Below, in pieces: positions 29,646 through 37,840 of a DNA stretch of 64,000 nt; position 1 is the stretch's first letter; each line of letters begins with the position of its first letter. The stretch spans positions 1,152,001-1,216,000 of the forward strand of contig CP009479.1 of NCBI GenBank assembly GCA_000965745.1, written 5' to 3'. Both the position numbers and the translations under genes were made by a program. Under the pieces are notes generated by a model that was not told the DNA's origin, made no database searches, and worked only from the letters and a program-made list of their open reading frames with translations. The DNA comes from an uncultured archaeon. GTDB taxonomy: Archaea; Thermoplasmatota; Thermoplasmata; Thermoplasmatales; Thermoplasmataceae.

Positions 29646-30107
29646 TTATGCCTTAATACCTTCTTTCATGGTTATCATGTCATGTAGGACAACACTCATG
29701 ATTCCTGCCACAAATGTTCCTATACCTATTACGAACATGCCCGACAGGAAACCAGAGGGAACAGTCCAATGGAGACCCGGGTAGTATTCAAAAGTTGAAG
29801 TTAGAAAGTCCATAGAATTCAAGATAAAGGCAGATGCCGTCAGAATAAGTCCAATAACGGCGATAATGAATATTCTTCCTTTTGGCTGATAACCTAATCC
29901 AAATGCAAGCAAGACTGAGGCACCAGTTGAAATTCCTCCAGGTATATTTGCTAAAATTCGATTATATGTGTTCAAATTGGAAAGCGAAGGGTTATTCACA
30001 AGCCAAAGTTGAATTATTTCAGCTACTATTTCTGCAGCGAGAAAAATTACTATTGAAGATATCAGGAACACCCTTGATTGCTCTAGTGTAATCCCTTTGC
30101 TTTTCAT
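29646..30107 (-). CDS. Hypothetical membrane protein (4 TM), island cargo
   Basis: Hydrophobic helices; own AT-rich promoter at ~30120-30135. Confidence 0.75.
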   Translation of the reverse strand: MKSKGITLEQSRVFLISSIVIFLAAEIVAEIIQLWLVNNPSLSNLNTYNRILANIPGGISTGASVLLAFGLGYQPKGRIFIIAVIGLILTASAFILNSMDFLTSTFEYYPGLHWTVPSGFLSGMFVIGIGTFVAGIMSVVLHDMITMKEGIKA

Positions 30108-30151
30108 ATTATAATTATCCTATATAACTATAAAATTATTGTCCAGTCCTA

Positions 30152-30226
30152 GAAAATAATGGTTTAAATGCAGATTGTGAATTATTATTCATGGCAAAGG
30201 GACAGTCTAAGAAAGAAAAGTGGTAG
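30152..30226 (+). repeat. Module copy B: promoter motif plus truncated MAKGQSKKEKW* gene start
   Basis: gaaaataatggtttaaatgcagattgtgaattattattcATGGCAAAG. Confidence 0.8.
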
Positions 30227-30315
30227 TTTGAAAAACATTATGCACAATTGAGCGCCATAATGTGAGTCATATAGTTATTCATAATTATTATATACAACAA
30301 TAGAATGTTTGGTGC

Positions 30316-30501
30316 ATGGTGCAAACTACCATCCAGGTGTCCAAGGAGACCAGAGAGAAGCTCAAGAAGATAGGTGGCAAAGGCCAGACTTACGATGAAA
30401 TAATTGAAAAGCTTCTTGAGATCGGTCAGAAAGTAGCATTTTTCAACGAACTTGACAGGATTTCTGATAGCGAGGAGTTCATACCTCTTGACGAACTATA
30501 A
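30316..30501 (+). CDS. Antitoxin (RHH-like), partner of RelE
   Basis: TTIQVSKETREKLKKIG-KGQTYDEIIEKLL; acidic C-terminus; overlaps the toxin start. Confidence 0.8.
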   Translation: MVQTTIQVSKETREKLKKIGGKGQTYDEIIEKLLEIGQKVAFFNELDRISDSEEFIPLDEL

Positions 30502-30766
30502 AGTTCTAGTTTCCCAGACCGCAGCCAAAGAACTGAGGGTTTTAGAGAAGAGTCTGCAGGACCGGATAAAGGAAAGACTGAGGGGACTGTCAAAAGATCC
30601 TATTAATAGTACTGGAAGATTGGACGTAAAAAAGCTTTCAGGAACTGGAAGAAATTACAGCAGGCTTATGGTAGGGGACTACAGAGTTATATTTTTCGTG
30701 GATGGTATGAAAATCAAAGTTGTAAGGATAGCTAAGAGATCTGATGTCTATTCTTGGCTGGATTAG
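30488..30766 (+). CDS. relE: RelE/ParE family toxin
   Basis: YKVLVSQTAAKEL...KKLSG...RLMVGDYRVIF...IAKRSDVY; TTG start after GAGGAG. Confidence 0.88.
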   Translation: MTNYKVLVSQTAAKELRVLEKSLQDRIKERLRGLSKDPINSTGRLDVKKLSGTGRNYSRLMVGDYRVIFFVDGMKIKVVRIAKRSDVYSWLD

Positions 30767-30829
30767 TGCATGGCTGCCATCAATCGAAAATCTTAATAGA
30801 CTATCTGGTTTAACTAGGGTTGAGCTAGT

Positions 30830-31090
30830 TTGACACTGAAGTTGAAAGTTGGAAAAAAAGGTTACGTGATTCTTCCTAAGGCGCTACGAGAAGCTGTTGG
30901 AATCGAAGAAGGAGATGATCTGACAGTGAGTGTTAACGATGGGATTACATTGACACCTTCCAAGAAGTTCGACAAATCTGCATTCGAGAAAATCGCAGAA
31001 AAACACAAAGATACAATTCTCTCATTGAAGGATGCAAAAGCCCCAGAACCGGGTGAAGCCAAAAAATACTCCTTGGAGGATGAATTTTGA
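30830..31090 (+). CDS. vapB: AbrB/MazE-type antitoxin (VapB)
   Basis: LKVGKKGYVILPKALREAVGIEEGD. Confidence 0.9.
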   Translation: MTLKLKVGKKGYVILPKALREAVGIEEGDDLTVSVNDGITLTPSKKFDKSAFEKIAEKHKDTILSLKDAKAPEPGEAKKYSLEDEF

Positions 31091-31491
31091 CTGGCGTGTT
31101 CATAGATACTAACTTCTTTATTTACATGAACACACCAACGAAAACTCTGGACAGATTCATAGAGCACTATGAGGTAGAACTATCCAATAACAGAACCTTC
31201 ACCAATATGATAGTTCTGGATGAGCTCATTTATGTTTCCAAGAAGAAATATTCCATCCCTGTTGAAGTGACTCTTGAATTTATTGATTCCATGATACTTC
31301 CGTTCACTTCTATATTACCACTTGAGGAAAATGATTATCACGTATTGAAAGACATGATAAACTATTGCCCCAAACCGAGTGACGCATTGATTGCCTCTTC
31401 CATGAAACGCAATTCTATCATGGACATCCTTAGTGAAGACAACGACTTTGACAAGGTTCCTGGGATTAACAGGAGATGGTTGGCCCTCTGA
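31087..31491 (+). CDS. vapC: PIN-domain toxin VapC
   Basis: FIDTN, LDELIY, SDALIA and SEDNDFD acidic tetrad; 4-bp overlap with vapB. Confidence 0.9.
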   Translation: MTGVFIDTNFFIYMNTPTKTLDRFIEHYEVELSNNRTFTNMIVLDELIYVSKKKYSIPVEVTLEFIDSMILPFTSILPLEENDYHVLKDMINYCPKPSDALIASSMKRNSIMDILSEDNDFDKVPGINRRWLAL

Positions 31492-31516
31492 GAAGGTACA
31501 TTACAGGTCCCATTAA

Positions 31517-31860
31517 AGTTGGCCAGGCTTTGTTACCCTCGCAATCAATCGGTTTATACTCCGGGAATATATTAAAAGTGCTGAAATTCGTTGAATTAGG
31601 GAAAAGTGTCCTGTCTTGAGAATTGGATGCGGGAGAATACTGGATTAAATGGAGATGTAATTTTTTTTTCTGTAATATACGTATATATCTGTATTACAAA
31701 TCAAGTTAGGAATTTTTATGAGGACTTCTCAATAATTTGACCAACCCAGTGAAACAACGGTTTAAATATTGATTGTGAACTATCACACATGGCAAAAGAC
31801 AAGCCTGAAAAGAAGGAAACGGAAGATCAACAGAAGTTGAGACAAGAGATTAGAAAGTTA
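31517..31860 (+). repeat. Direct repeat copy C; begins with the displaced tRNA-Leu 5' fragment (31517-31542, minus strand)
   Basis: agttggccaggctttgttaccctcgc equals tRNA nt 1-26; followed by the same promoter, dyad (31671-31698) and promoter motif. Confidence 0.95.
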
Positions 31861-31992
31861 TGGAGCGATATTGAGCCTCAACTGATTACCATGGCCCACA
31901 AACTCGAAGATGCAGGTTGCATTGAAAACAAGGACTATATCTGGCTCAAGTCAAGAATCTCGAATTTGTCCAAACATTTCGATAAACAGTAA
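31789..31992 (+). CDS. Small helical hypothetical protein (67 aa); intact member of the repeated module
   Basis: Leaderless-type TATA (tttaaat) ~22 nt upstream; degenerate homologous starts at 29540, 30191 and 35928. Confidence 0.7.
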   Translation: MAKDKPEKKETEDQQKLRQEIRKLWSDIEPQLITMAHKLEDAGCIENKDYIWLKSRISNLSKHFDKQ

Positions 31993-32004
31993 TTTTTTCG
32001 TGCA

Positions 32005-32994
32005 TCAATGTGGCACCTTAATTGAAAAGTGAAATCTCGTTCTCATCGGGCCACTCAGGCTTCCGATTGTTACGACTGCAAAGGTGATAATTAAAAGTAT
32101 GTAAAGAAATAGAGAAACCGGGCCGAAAAGTGATATATGATCAGATAAGTTTATTGTTGCAAGTGTAAATACTGCGGTTGGGAATACGTAGCTCCACCAC
32201 CCTATATGAAACTTCAGGCCATTGTGAATATATTTACCTATCAAGAGAAGGTTGACAAAGGCAGCCCACATGCCAAACCCCCAAAGGCTTATCCCTGAGA
32301 TTGTAGCAAGTGTTGTGAGATCGGAACCAAAGAATTGCCCAATGTGGGCGGCTATCTGATATATGTCTACAATCAGAATGCCAATTGGGGCAAGCATAAT
32401 GTAATTTGTAGGGGCAAGTTCGACAGGTGGCAGATCATGACTCAACAGTCTGAAGAATAGCACTACAAGAATGAGCAGAAATAACATGGAACCGATGCCG
32501 AAAAATAAAAGTGATACCAAAGTGCTAATCTCGCTTATTGGGTAGAGGAGAATCGCATCAGTCACCAAAATTGTAGCGACTGGCGTTATGAACCATCCAC
32601 CATGAAGTTGTGAGAAACTCACGTTCATATTTGAGAAGAAATGGTATGGTAGATAGACTGATAAAGCCAGTATGAACACTCCCCCATAGACAAGCATCCC
32701 AATATCTATACCAGGAGGGAAAATGTGCATGCACAACATGGAAATGATCACAGAAGAAATTGGGTGCAGGGCATAGAAATTCCCAGGAAGGGGATGCTGC
32801 AACTCACTGCGGACAATTGCAGGGTATCTTATGACCTTGGCTATGAGTATTCCGGTAAAAATAAAGAATACAACAACCAGGAGCAAGGTCATTGGGAAAA
32901 CAATAGTAGGGGCAAATTGCTTTGAGGCAAGTATCAAGCCTCCTGTTCCAAGTATGGAACCAAAGACGGACACGGAGAAATCCTTCAGGATCAT
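32005..32994 (-). CDS. TDT/SLAC1 family transporter (TehA/Mae1-like)
   Basis: FGSILGTGGL, ELQHP, GWFITPVA, APIG, GWWSYVFP. Confidence 0.88.
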   Translation of the reverse strand: MILKDFSVSVFGSILGTGGLILASKQFAPTIVFPMTLLLVVVFFIFTGILIAKVIRYPAIVRSELQHPLPGNFYALHPISSVIISMLCMHIFPPGIDIGMLVYGGVFILALSVYLPYHFFSNMNVSFSQLHGGWFITPVATILVTDAILLYPISEISTLVSLLFFGIGSMLFLLILVVLFFRLLSHDLPPVELAPTNYIMLAPIGILIVDIYQIAAHIGQFFGSDLTTLATISGISLWGFGMWAAFVNLLLIGKYIHNGLKFHIGWWSYVFPTAVFTLATINLSDHISLFGPVSLFLYILLIITFAVVTIGSLSGPMRTRFHFSIKVPH

Positions 32995-34046
32995 GGGGTA
33001 TGCCTCAAGACTGGAGAAAATGTGAATAATTTCTTTATTCCCTTCTCTAAGTGTATGTACACAATTGCCAGTACTGGCTGTATCATGGGAATCACTGCGG
33101 GGGCCAAAGCTGCCGCCGGGTTTAAAGCAAAAACAGCAATGACTGCTGCAACACTCTGGTTCTTCGTCACCGAGATGAATGCAATCGCCTGGTGATCTTC
33201 ATAGGAGAAGTGCATCAACCTGCTCACAAGGATTGATAATGCGAGTATGCCCAGTATGATTGCAGACTGGTATCCTATGAGGTATCCCACTATCTGAGGC
33301 ATGGATATGATAACGGATGCCTCCTTGTCCACCAGGACGAATATGAGAGCTAACATGGACATCATTGTTGTCAATGACAGGTATTTTCTTGAAGTCTTGT
33401 TGACTGTCACAGCCCCTCTCCACCTTATCAGGAGATATCGAGTGATCTGGCCTGCTATGAGAGGAAGTATGAGGATATAAACAACTGACATCATTATGGG
33501 CTCAACTGGAATGGAAGTAGATGCCTGGCTGCTATAAAGCCCAAGAATTAAAGGTATGGCTGGGATGGAAACTACCAGGCTCACAATTGCGAGAGCCGTT
33601 GCCAATTCAATGCTCCCACCTGCTATTAGAACGTAGCCAAGGGATGCACTTGATGCCGGCACGATATTGGAAACTACAAACCCAGTTCCAATTGAAGTGC
33701 CCATGGTTGGGCCAATGATGAATGCAATGAGAGGAGAGAGGGCGAATACATAAACAAGTGATACCACGATTGGTTTCCATGACCTCAGTTCTTTGGCGAA
33801 TCCCTCAGTCTTAAGCTGTATCATGGAAGGGTAGATTGTCATTATCGCAAAGAGAATGACGAGGTCTGAAAACAGCCCCTTGTTAATCACAGTGAATTGC
33901 CTTGTATAATACCCGACAGGTATGGCCACACTGACTGAGAGGAGTGTATAAACGATCAGATATTTCCTGATGTGCTCAGACAAAGTTCCAATTATCCCGT
34001 TTGGCCTTGATTTTGTTAGGGAACTCCTTTTCCCATCGCTTTCCAT
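32991..34046 (-). CDS. Acr3-like / bile acid:sodium symporter (BART) family transporter
   Basis: TIYPSMIQL, ILPLIAGQITR, TKNQSVAAVIA; 10 TM; downstream of arsR. Confidence 0.8.
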   Translation of the reverse strand: MESDGKRSSLTKSRPNGIIGTLSEHIRKYLIVYTLLSVSVAIPVGYYTRQFTVINKGLFSDLVILFAIMTIYPSMIQLKTEGFAKELRSWKPIVVSLVYVFALSPLIAFIIGPTMGTSIGTGFVVSNIVPASSASLGYVLIAGGSIELATALAIVSLVVSIPAIPLILGLYSSQASTSIPVEPIMMSVVYILILPLIAGQITRYLLIRWRGAVTVNKTSRKYLSLTTMMSMLALIFVLVDKEASVIISMPQIVGYLIGYQSAIILGILALSILVSRLMHFSYEDHQAIAFISVTKNQSVAAVIAVFALNPAAALAPAVIPMIQPVLAIVYIHLEKGIKKLFTFSPVLRHTP

Positions 34047-34048
34047 CT

Positions 34049-34426
34049 CTATCGCCTGGTGTCGTCAACTCTTGTGCCAACAGGTTGCGAAGTTGAAACA
34101 GCATAGCCCTGGTTTTTAAGGATATCACTGATAAGCTGCTTGTATTTTGGATTGATAAAATAATAGCTATATTTCCACACCTCCTTGTGCTTGAGGAGAC
34201 CAATATCATACATCTTTCTCAAATGTGTGGTAATTGTGGGCTGTGGTAACCCTAGTGCAGGCTGAAGTTCACATGCACAGACTTCATTGTGTCTCTCCAT
34301 TATGGCCAGTATCGCAACTCTAGTCTTGTTTCCCAGAACATTGAGAACTCTGGATATCTCGTAGTATCTATCGACATCCTGAGCTTCGATTTCTTTAATT
34401 TCACATGATTCTTTGTCGTCAGACAT
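34049..34426 (-). CDS. arsR: ArsR/SmtB family regulator
   Basis: LGNKTRVAIL...EVCACEL...QPTITTHL (CxC metalloid site). Confidence 0.9.
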   Translation of the reverse strand: MSDDKESCEIKEIEAQDVDRYYEISRVLNVLGNKTRVAILAIMERHNEVCACELQPALGLPQPTITTHLRKMYDIGLLKHKEVWKYSYYFINPKYKQLISDILKNQGYAVSTSQPVGTRVDDTRR

Positions 34427-34498
34427 CTCACATCACTTTCTACAAGTCCAGTCAGTTAAAGGTAACTTATTGGCACTATATTTCCTACACACGCAAGA

Positions 34499-34527
34499 AT
34501 CACAATGTCATATTAATATATTGTGAT
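34499..34527. promoter_or_regulatory. Putative ArsR operator
   Basis: atcacaat-N13-attgtgat perfect 8-bp inverted repeat over an AT-rich promoter upstream of arsR. Confidence 0.55.
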
Positions 34528-34556
34528 ATGATAACCTTACAAAATTAAATTCAACC

Positions 34557-34616
34557 ATATACGCAACGAAATGGCTATCTCACTGACTACAGACCGGATA
34601 CATTTACAGAGAATAA
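34557..34616 (+). pseudogene. Possible tyrosine-integrase C-terminal relic
   Basis: Translates as IYATKWLSH*LQTGYIY, reminiscent of the LGH...TT..Y box II; ~100 bp upstream of a tRNA att fragment. Confidence 0.3.
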
Positions 34617-34718
34617 GCTGTGTTTTATAGCCAACTTTTTGAATCAATCCGATAACACCTTGCCATGTCATAGTAGTTGGATAAATCAATCAGAAATGCT
34701 TCCAGAAGAAAGTCGAAT

Positions 34719-34758
34719 TCTTAATCCATAGGTCGGGGGTTCGAACCCCTCGGACCCG
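34719..34758 (+). pseudogene. tRNA-Lys(CTT) 3'-half fragment (att-site relic)
   Basis: TCTTAATCCATAGGTCGGGGGTTCGAACCCCTCGGACCCG runs from the anticodon loop through T-arm to acceptor 3' strand; no 5' half. Confidence 0.8.
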
Positions 34759-35026
34759 CTATATCTCTGGTTACTTCTGTGAGCATTTTCAATAGTCAAT
34801 TTGTGGTGTGGAGTGGAAACTAATTCCTCTTTCAATTTGCTTTGGGGAGTAAATCAGGATTGAACCAGTTTGAAAGTAATTGTTTTAATAATTTTACATA
34901 AAACTAAATAAAGTGGCAGGCCCATTTGTATGGAGAGGTCGTATTAGTTTATCCAACATGGATAATATATAGCCTCAATAATAATATTGGCAATAAATTT
35001 AAAAGCTGTCATTTACTAAATTTGGT

Positions 35027-35788
35027 ATGAGGAGACAAAAATTAGTTGCCCTTGTTGTCTCAGTTGCATTGACATCTTCCCTTGGACTTTACATAGCTTA
35101 TGATTTAGGGCAGAATTCATCATCACATAAAGAAAACCTTCAGGCAATCTTCTATGAGCAAGGTTTGCCAAAAGGTGACTACTGGAGCGTAACAATTCAT
35201 CCCTACGATTCTCCTTCTAACATAACGACTCTGTCTACCAACTCTACCAAAATAGTCTTTGACAATCTCAGGGCCAGTACATACAACTATTCATTTTCAC
35301 AGATAAATGGAGACTTGATACTCAGTTATGGTGGAATAAATACAAGTTTTGGGGTTGTTGGCACACAAAGCGGATCTATATGGGTTGGCACGAAGCTAAT
35401 CCCCGCTTTCCCTGATGGGAAAATCACAGCTGTAAATACTGTTTACACATTAGGAGTGTACTATCCAAAAGTCATAGCAAATGATGTTGGAGTTTATCTC
35501 AACGATAACGGGACGCTCTACAATCTCACAAGATCTGAAAATTCCATAGTGTATCTTATCAATTCTTCGTTTACTTACATAGTTGATTCAAATTTTAACG
35601 GAATTCTTTTTGGAAATGAGTACCGGATCAACAGTATAGGAACGAACAATTCTGAATATGGGAACATCTTCAAAACAAACCCTGGTACACCCATTGTTAA
35701 CTCTATGTCGAACAACCTTACGTTTACAGTAAACCTGACTTCTCTTCCTCATGTGGGCTATTACTCGGTAGTTATGTACGGCTATTGA
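35027..35788 (+). CDS. Membrane-anchored surface glycoprotein with F-x-E-x-GLP-x-G-x-x-WSV domain
   Basis: N-terminal anchor; FYEQGLPKGDYWSVTI motif common in thermoacidophile surface proteins; many NxS/T sites. Confidence 0.8.
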   Translation: MRRQKLVALVVSVALTSSLGLYIAYDLGQNSSSHKENLQAIFYEQGLPKGDYWSVTIHPYDSPSNITTLSTNSTKIVFDNLRASTYNYSFSQINGDLILSYGGINTSFGVVGTQSGSIWVGTKLIPAFPDGKITAVNTVYTLGVYYPKVIANDVGVYLNDNGTLYNLTRSENSIVYLINSSFTYIVDSNFNGILFGNEYRINSIGTNNSEYGNIFKTNPGTPIVNSMSNNLTFTVNLTSLPHVGYYSVVMYGY

Positions 35789-35888
35789 GGATGCGTCAGG
35801 AATTTGCATACGAGATGGTTGCTTATTAATAGTACAGAGCTGCCAGTAAAAGGGTAGAAAGAACGAACAAAATGACTGTCGTATCCAT

Positions 35889-35935
35889 GAAAATAACGGT
35901 TTAAATAACAATTGTGAATTATTAGTCACGGTAAA
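35889..35935 (+). repeat. Module copy D: promoter motif with start decayed to ACG
   Basis: gaaaataacggtttaaataacaattgtgaattattagtcACGgtaaa. Confidence 0.75.
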
Positions 35936-36098
35936 AATGCAGCGTAAATCCAGAAGGATTGAGCAGTACTGGTAAAAGCGTGTTCTTTCTCAAAATTAAT
36001 TTAAGTATCTTGTTAGCTATCACCGTACGAGCACATTCAAAGATTCGCTGAAGAAGCCGTCTGAATCTTTACATCTGGATGTGAGAAGAGGCATAAAC

Positions 36099-36242
36099 AT
36101 GAATTTCAGGTTCTCGTTAATGGGTATAATTTTCTGGGGCTTAAGCGCATTTCTCTTTGTTTACCGTGGCTACCATCCGAACTTCTTTATCCCGCTTGTA
36201 GTTGGAACCGTCATATTCCTTTATGGAGTGTTTGGCAGATAA
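36099..36242 (+). CDS. Small 2-TM protein (47 aa), not in ORF track
   Basis: MNFRFSLMGIIFWGLSAFLFVYRGYHPNFFIPLVVGTVIFLYGVFGR; purine-rich RBS-like sequence upstream. Confidence 0.5.
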   Translation: MNFRFSLMGIIFWGLSAFLFVYRGYHPNFFIPLVVGTVIFLYGVFGR

Positions 36243-36363
36243 CCCCACAGGTTCCAAACTGACATTTTTATGTAATCTTGGAATGGAGTTTTCCAGTTTC
36301 AATGCACGCATAAAGATTCTGCGGTTTGGAAATAATTATATCAGGACACAGGGTTCAGACAGT

Positions 36364-36975
36364 ATGTTCGAACCGGTAGCCAAGAATATTTTCAGATGGG
36401 GGACCATTGATGGTGAAACAGGAGTAATGATGTATTCACACTTACTCCTCAAAGATGGAAAGGCAGTTCTAATCGATCCGCTTGCAATGCCGGGCCTTAA
36501 TCGAATGATACAGATTTTGGGTAAACCAGAGGCCGTAGTCATGACCGTATATCCACATTTACGTGGATGCTCCTTAATTTCCAGGCAGCTAAACATCCCT
36601 CTGTTTATCCCTGATATTAAAGTGGTCGAGGAAGATGAGACAGTCACAAGAATGTTCATTGATTTATATGACATGAAACACGGGCAGCAGTACAATGAAT
36701 CAACAGAACTCCCGCTTGGAATACGGGCCCACAATATCGCTGGCCGTCATGAAATGGCTCTGAAGTTTGATGATTACTTGATAGTTGGTGATTCCGCTTA
36801 TGGAATTAATGGTCAACTCAATTTCTATCCAAGCGGAATTTGGCCAGATGATTCGAGCAGCAAGGCACGTGCCACTTCAGACGCTTTGATACCGTTGATA
36901 AGAAAAACTGGAGCTAAAGGACTCCTGTCGGGGCATATGGAAGACATTCCTTCAGGACTTCAGGAAATGGTATAA
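36364..36975 (+). CDS. Metallo-beta-lactamase-like fold protein
   Basis: AVLIDP, degenerate T-x-x-x-H-x-RG, IVGD and LSGH motifs; start placed at ATG 36364. Confidence 0.7.
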   Translation: MFEPVAKNIFRWGTIDGETGVMMYSHLLLKDGKAVLIDPLAMPGLNRMIQILGKPEAVVMTVYPHLRGCSLISRQLNIPLFIPDIKVVEEDETVTRMFIDLYDMKHGQQYNESTELPLGIRAHNIAGRHEMALKFDDYLIVGDSAYGINGQLNFYPSGIWPDDSSSKARATSDALIPLIRKTGAKGLLSGHMEDIPSGLQEMV

Positions 36976-37174
36976 ATCCAATCCCCCATTTGCCCGTTCT
37001 GACAGAAATTTCAGCCGTGCACAGTCTGTCAAGTTCCGTCACCCCTGCAATTCGGTTTACACTCCTGCACTGTATTATAAGGGCTGAAATTTGAGAATGG
37101 ACGCCTGAAAAATAATTTCGTTTTATCAAGCTCATGGCGCCACAAGTTAAGTATGGAATCTTTATGATACTTCA

Positions 37175-37651
37175 TTGATAAACGGCCCGCTCCTGAAGAT
37201 GATTTTCCTGTTTCCCACGTTTTTATATGTGGTCAGCGCAGCAGTACGAATCATCATCCGGAGGGAAAGCAGATATCTTGGCCTTAAGGGGCGTGAAAGC
37301 CGTATTTACGAGAGAAATTTTATATTCACCCTTCTTGCAGATTGCCTGATTCTGAATCTGGTCAACGGCCTGATAATCATTTTTGGTGTAATTCAAATCA
37401 TCTTTGGAATTGCAATAATCTTGGTTGGCACCTTGATCTCACTGTTCGGTATGTCTTCCTTGTTCACAGAAACAGAGGAAGTTAGAGAATTGTTCCTTGT
37501 TATTGCCAACATCGTGATTTTTGGCGAAATTATCGACTTTGTACTTCATTCGCCCATTGCTTCTGGAGGCGTTATGGTTGCTCTTGTTGTACTGCTCCTC
37601 TATTACGCATTCCGTGTGTCAGGAGCATTCGAATCACCAACTGCCCAGTGA
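37175..37651 (+). CDS. Hypothetical membrane protein
   Basis: Five hydrophobic segments. Confidence 0.65.
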   Translation: MINGPLLKMIFLFPTFLYVVSAAVRIIIRRESRYLGLKGRESRIYERNFIFTLLADCLILNLVNGLIIIFGVIQIIFGIAIILVGTLISLFGMSSLFTETEEVRELFLVIANIVIFGEIIDFVLHSPIASGGVMVALVVLLLYYAFRVSGAFESPTAQ

Positions 37652-37840
37652 GGGGATTCAATGAAAACCGCGGGATGTATACTTCCAATCAAGTATTGAA
37701 AATATTCAAAACATCAGTTGATAAACCACCTGTCTCTTTTTGTCCCAACAGCTTGAGCCACTTCCAATCAACCGCTGATCAGGCTGGCCTGAACTCTCCA
37801 CTTTCATTCCTCGCGAGACTTCTAGTGATTTTGTTCATTA

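Larger units (their letters stand above)
29260..36000. mobile_element. AT-rich tRNA-anchored accessory island built from integrative-element relics; right boundary uncertain
   Basis: Duplicated tRNA-Leu 5' end, 4-copy module, TA pairs, ars-like operon, tRNA-Lys 3' fragment, visibly lower GC; no intact integrase. Confidence 0.7.

Noticed and set aside
34808-34822. ORB-like gagtggaaac (replication origin)
   Set aside because: Single partial match with no G-string, no repeated ORBs and no cdc6/orc1 nearby.
29260-35935. CRISPR array
   Set aside because: The repeats are separated by 0.6-4 kb of genes rather than ~35-bp spacers, and there are no cas genes.
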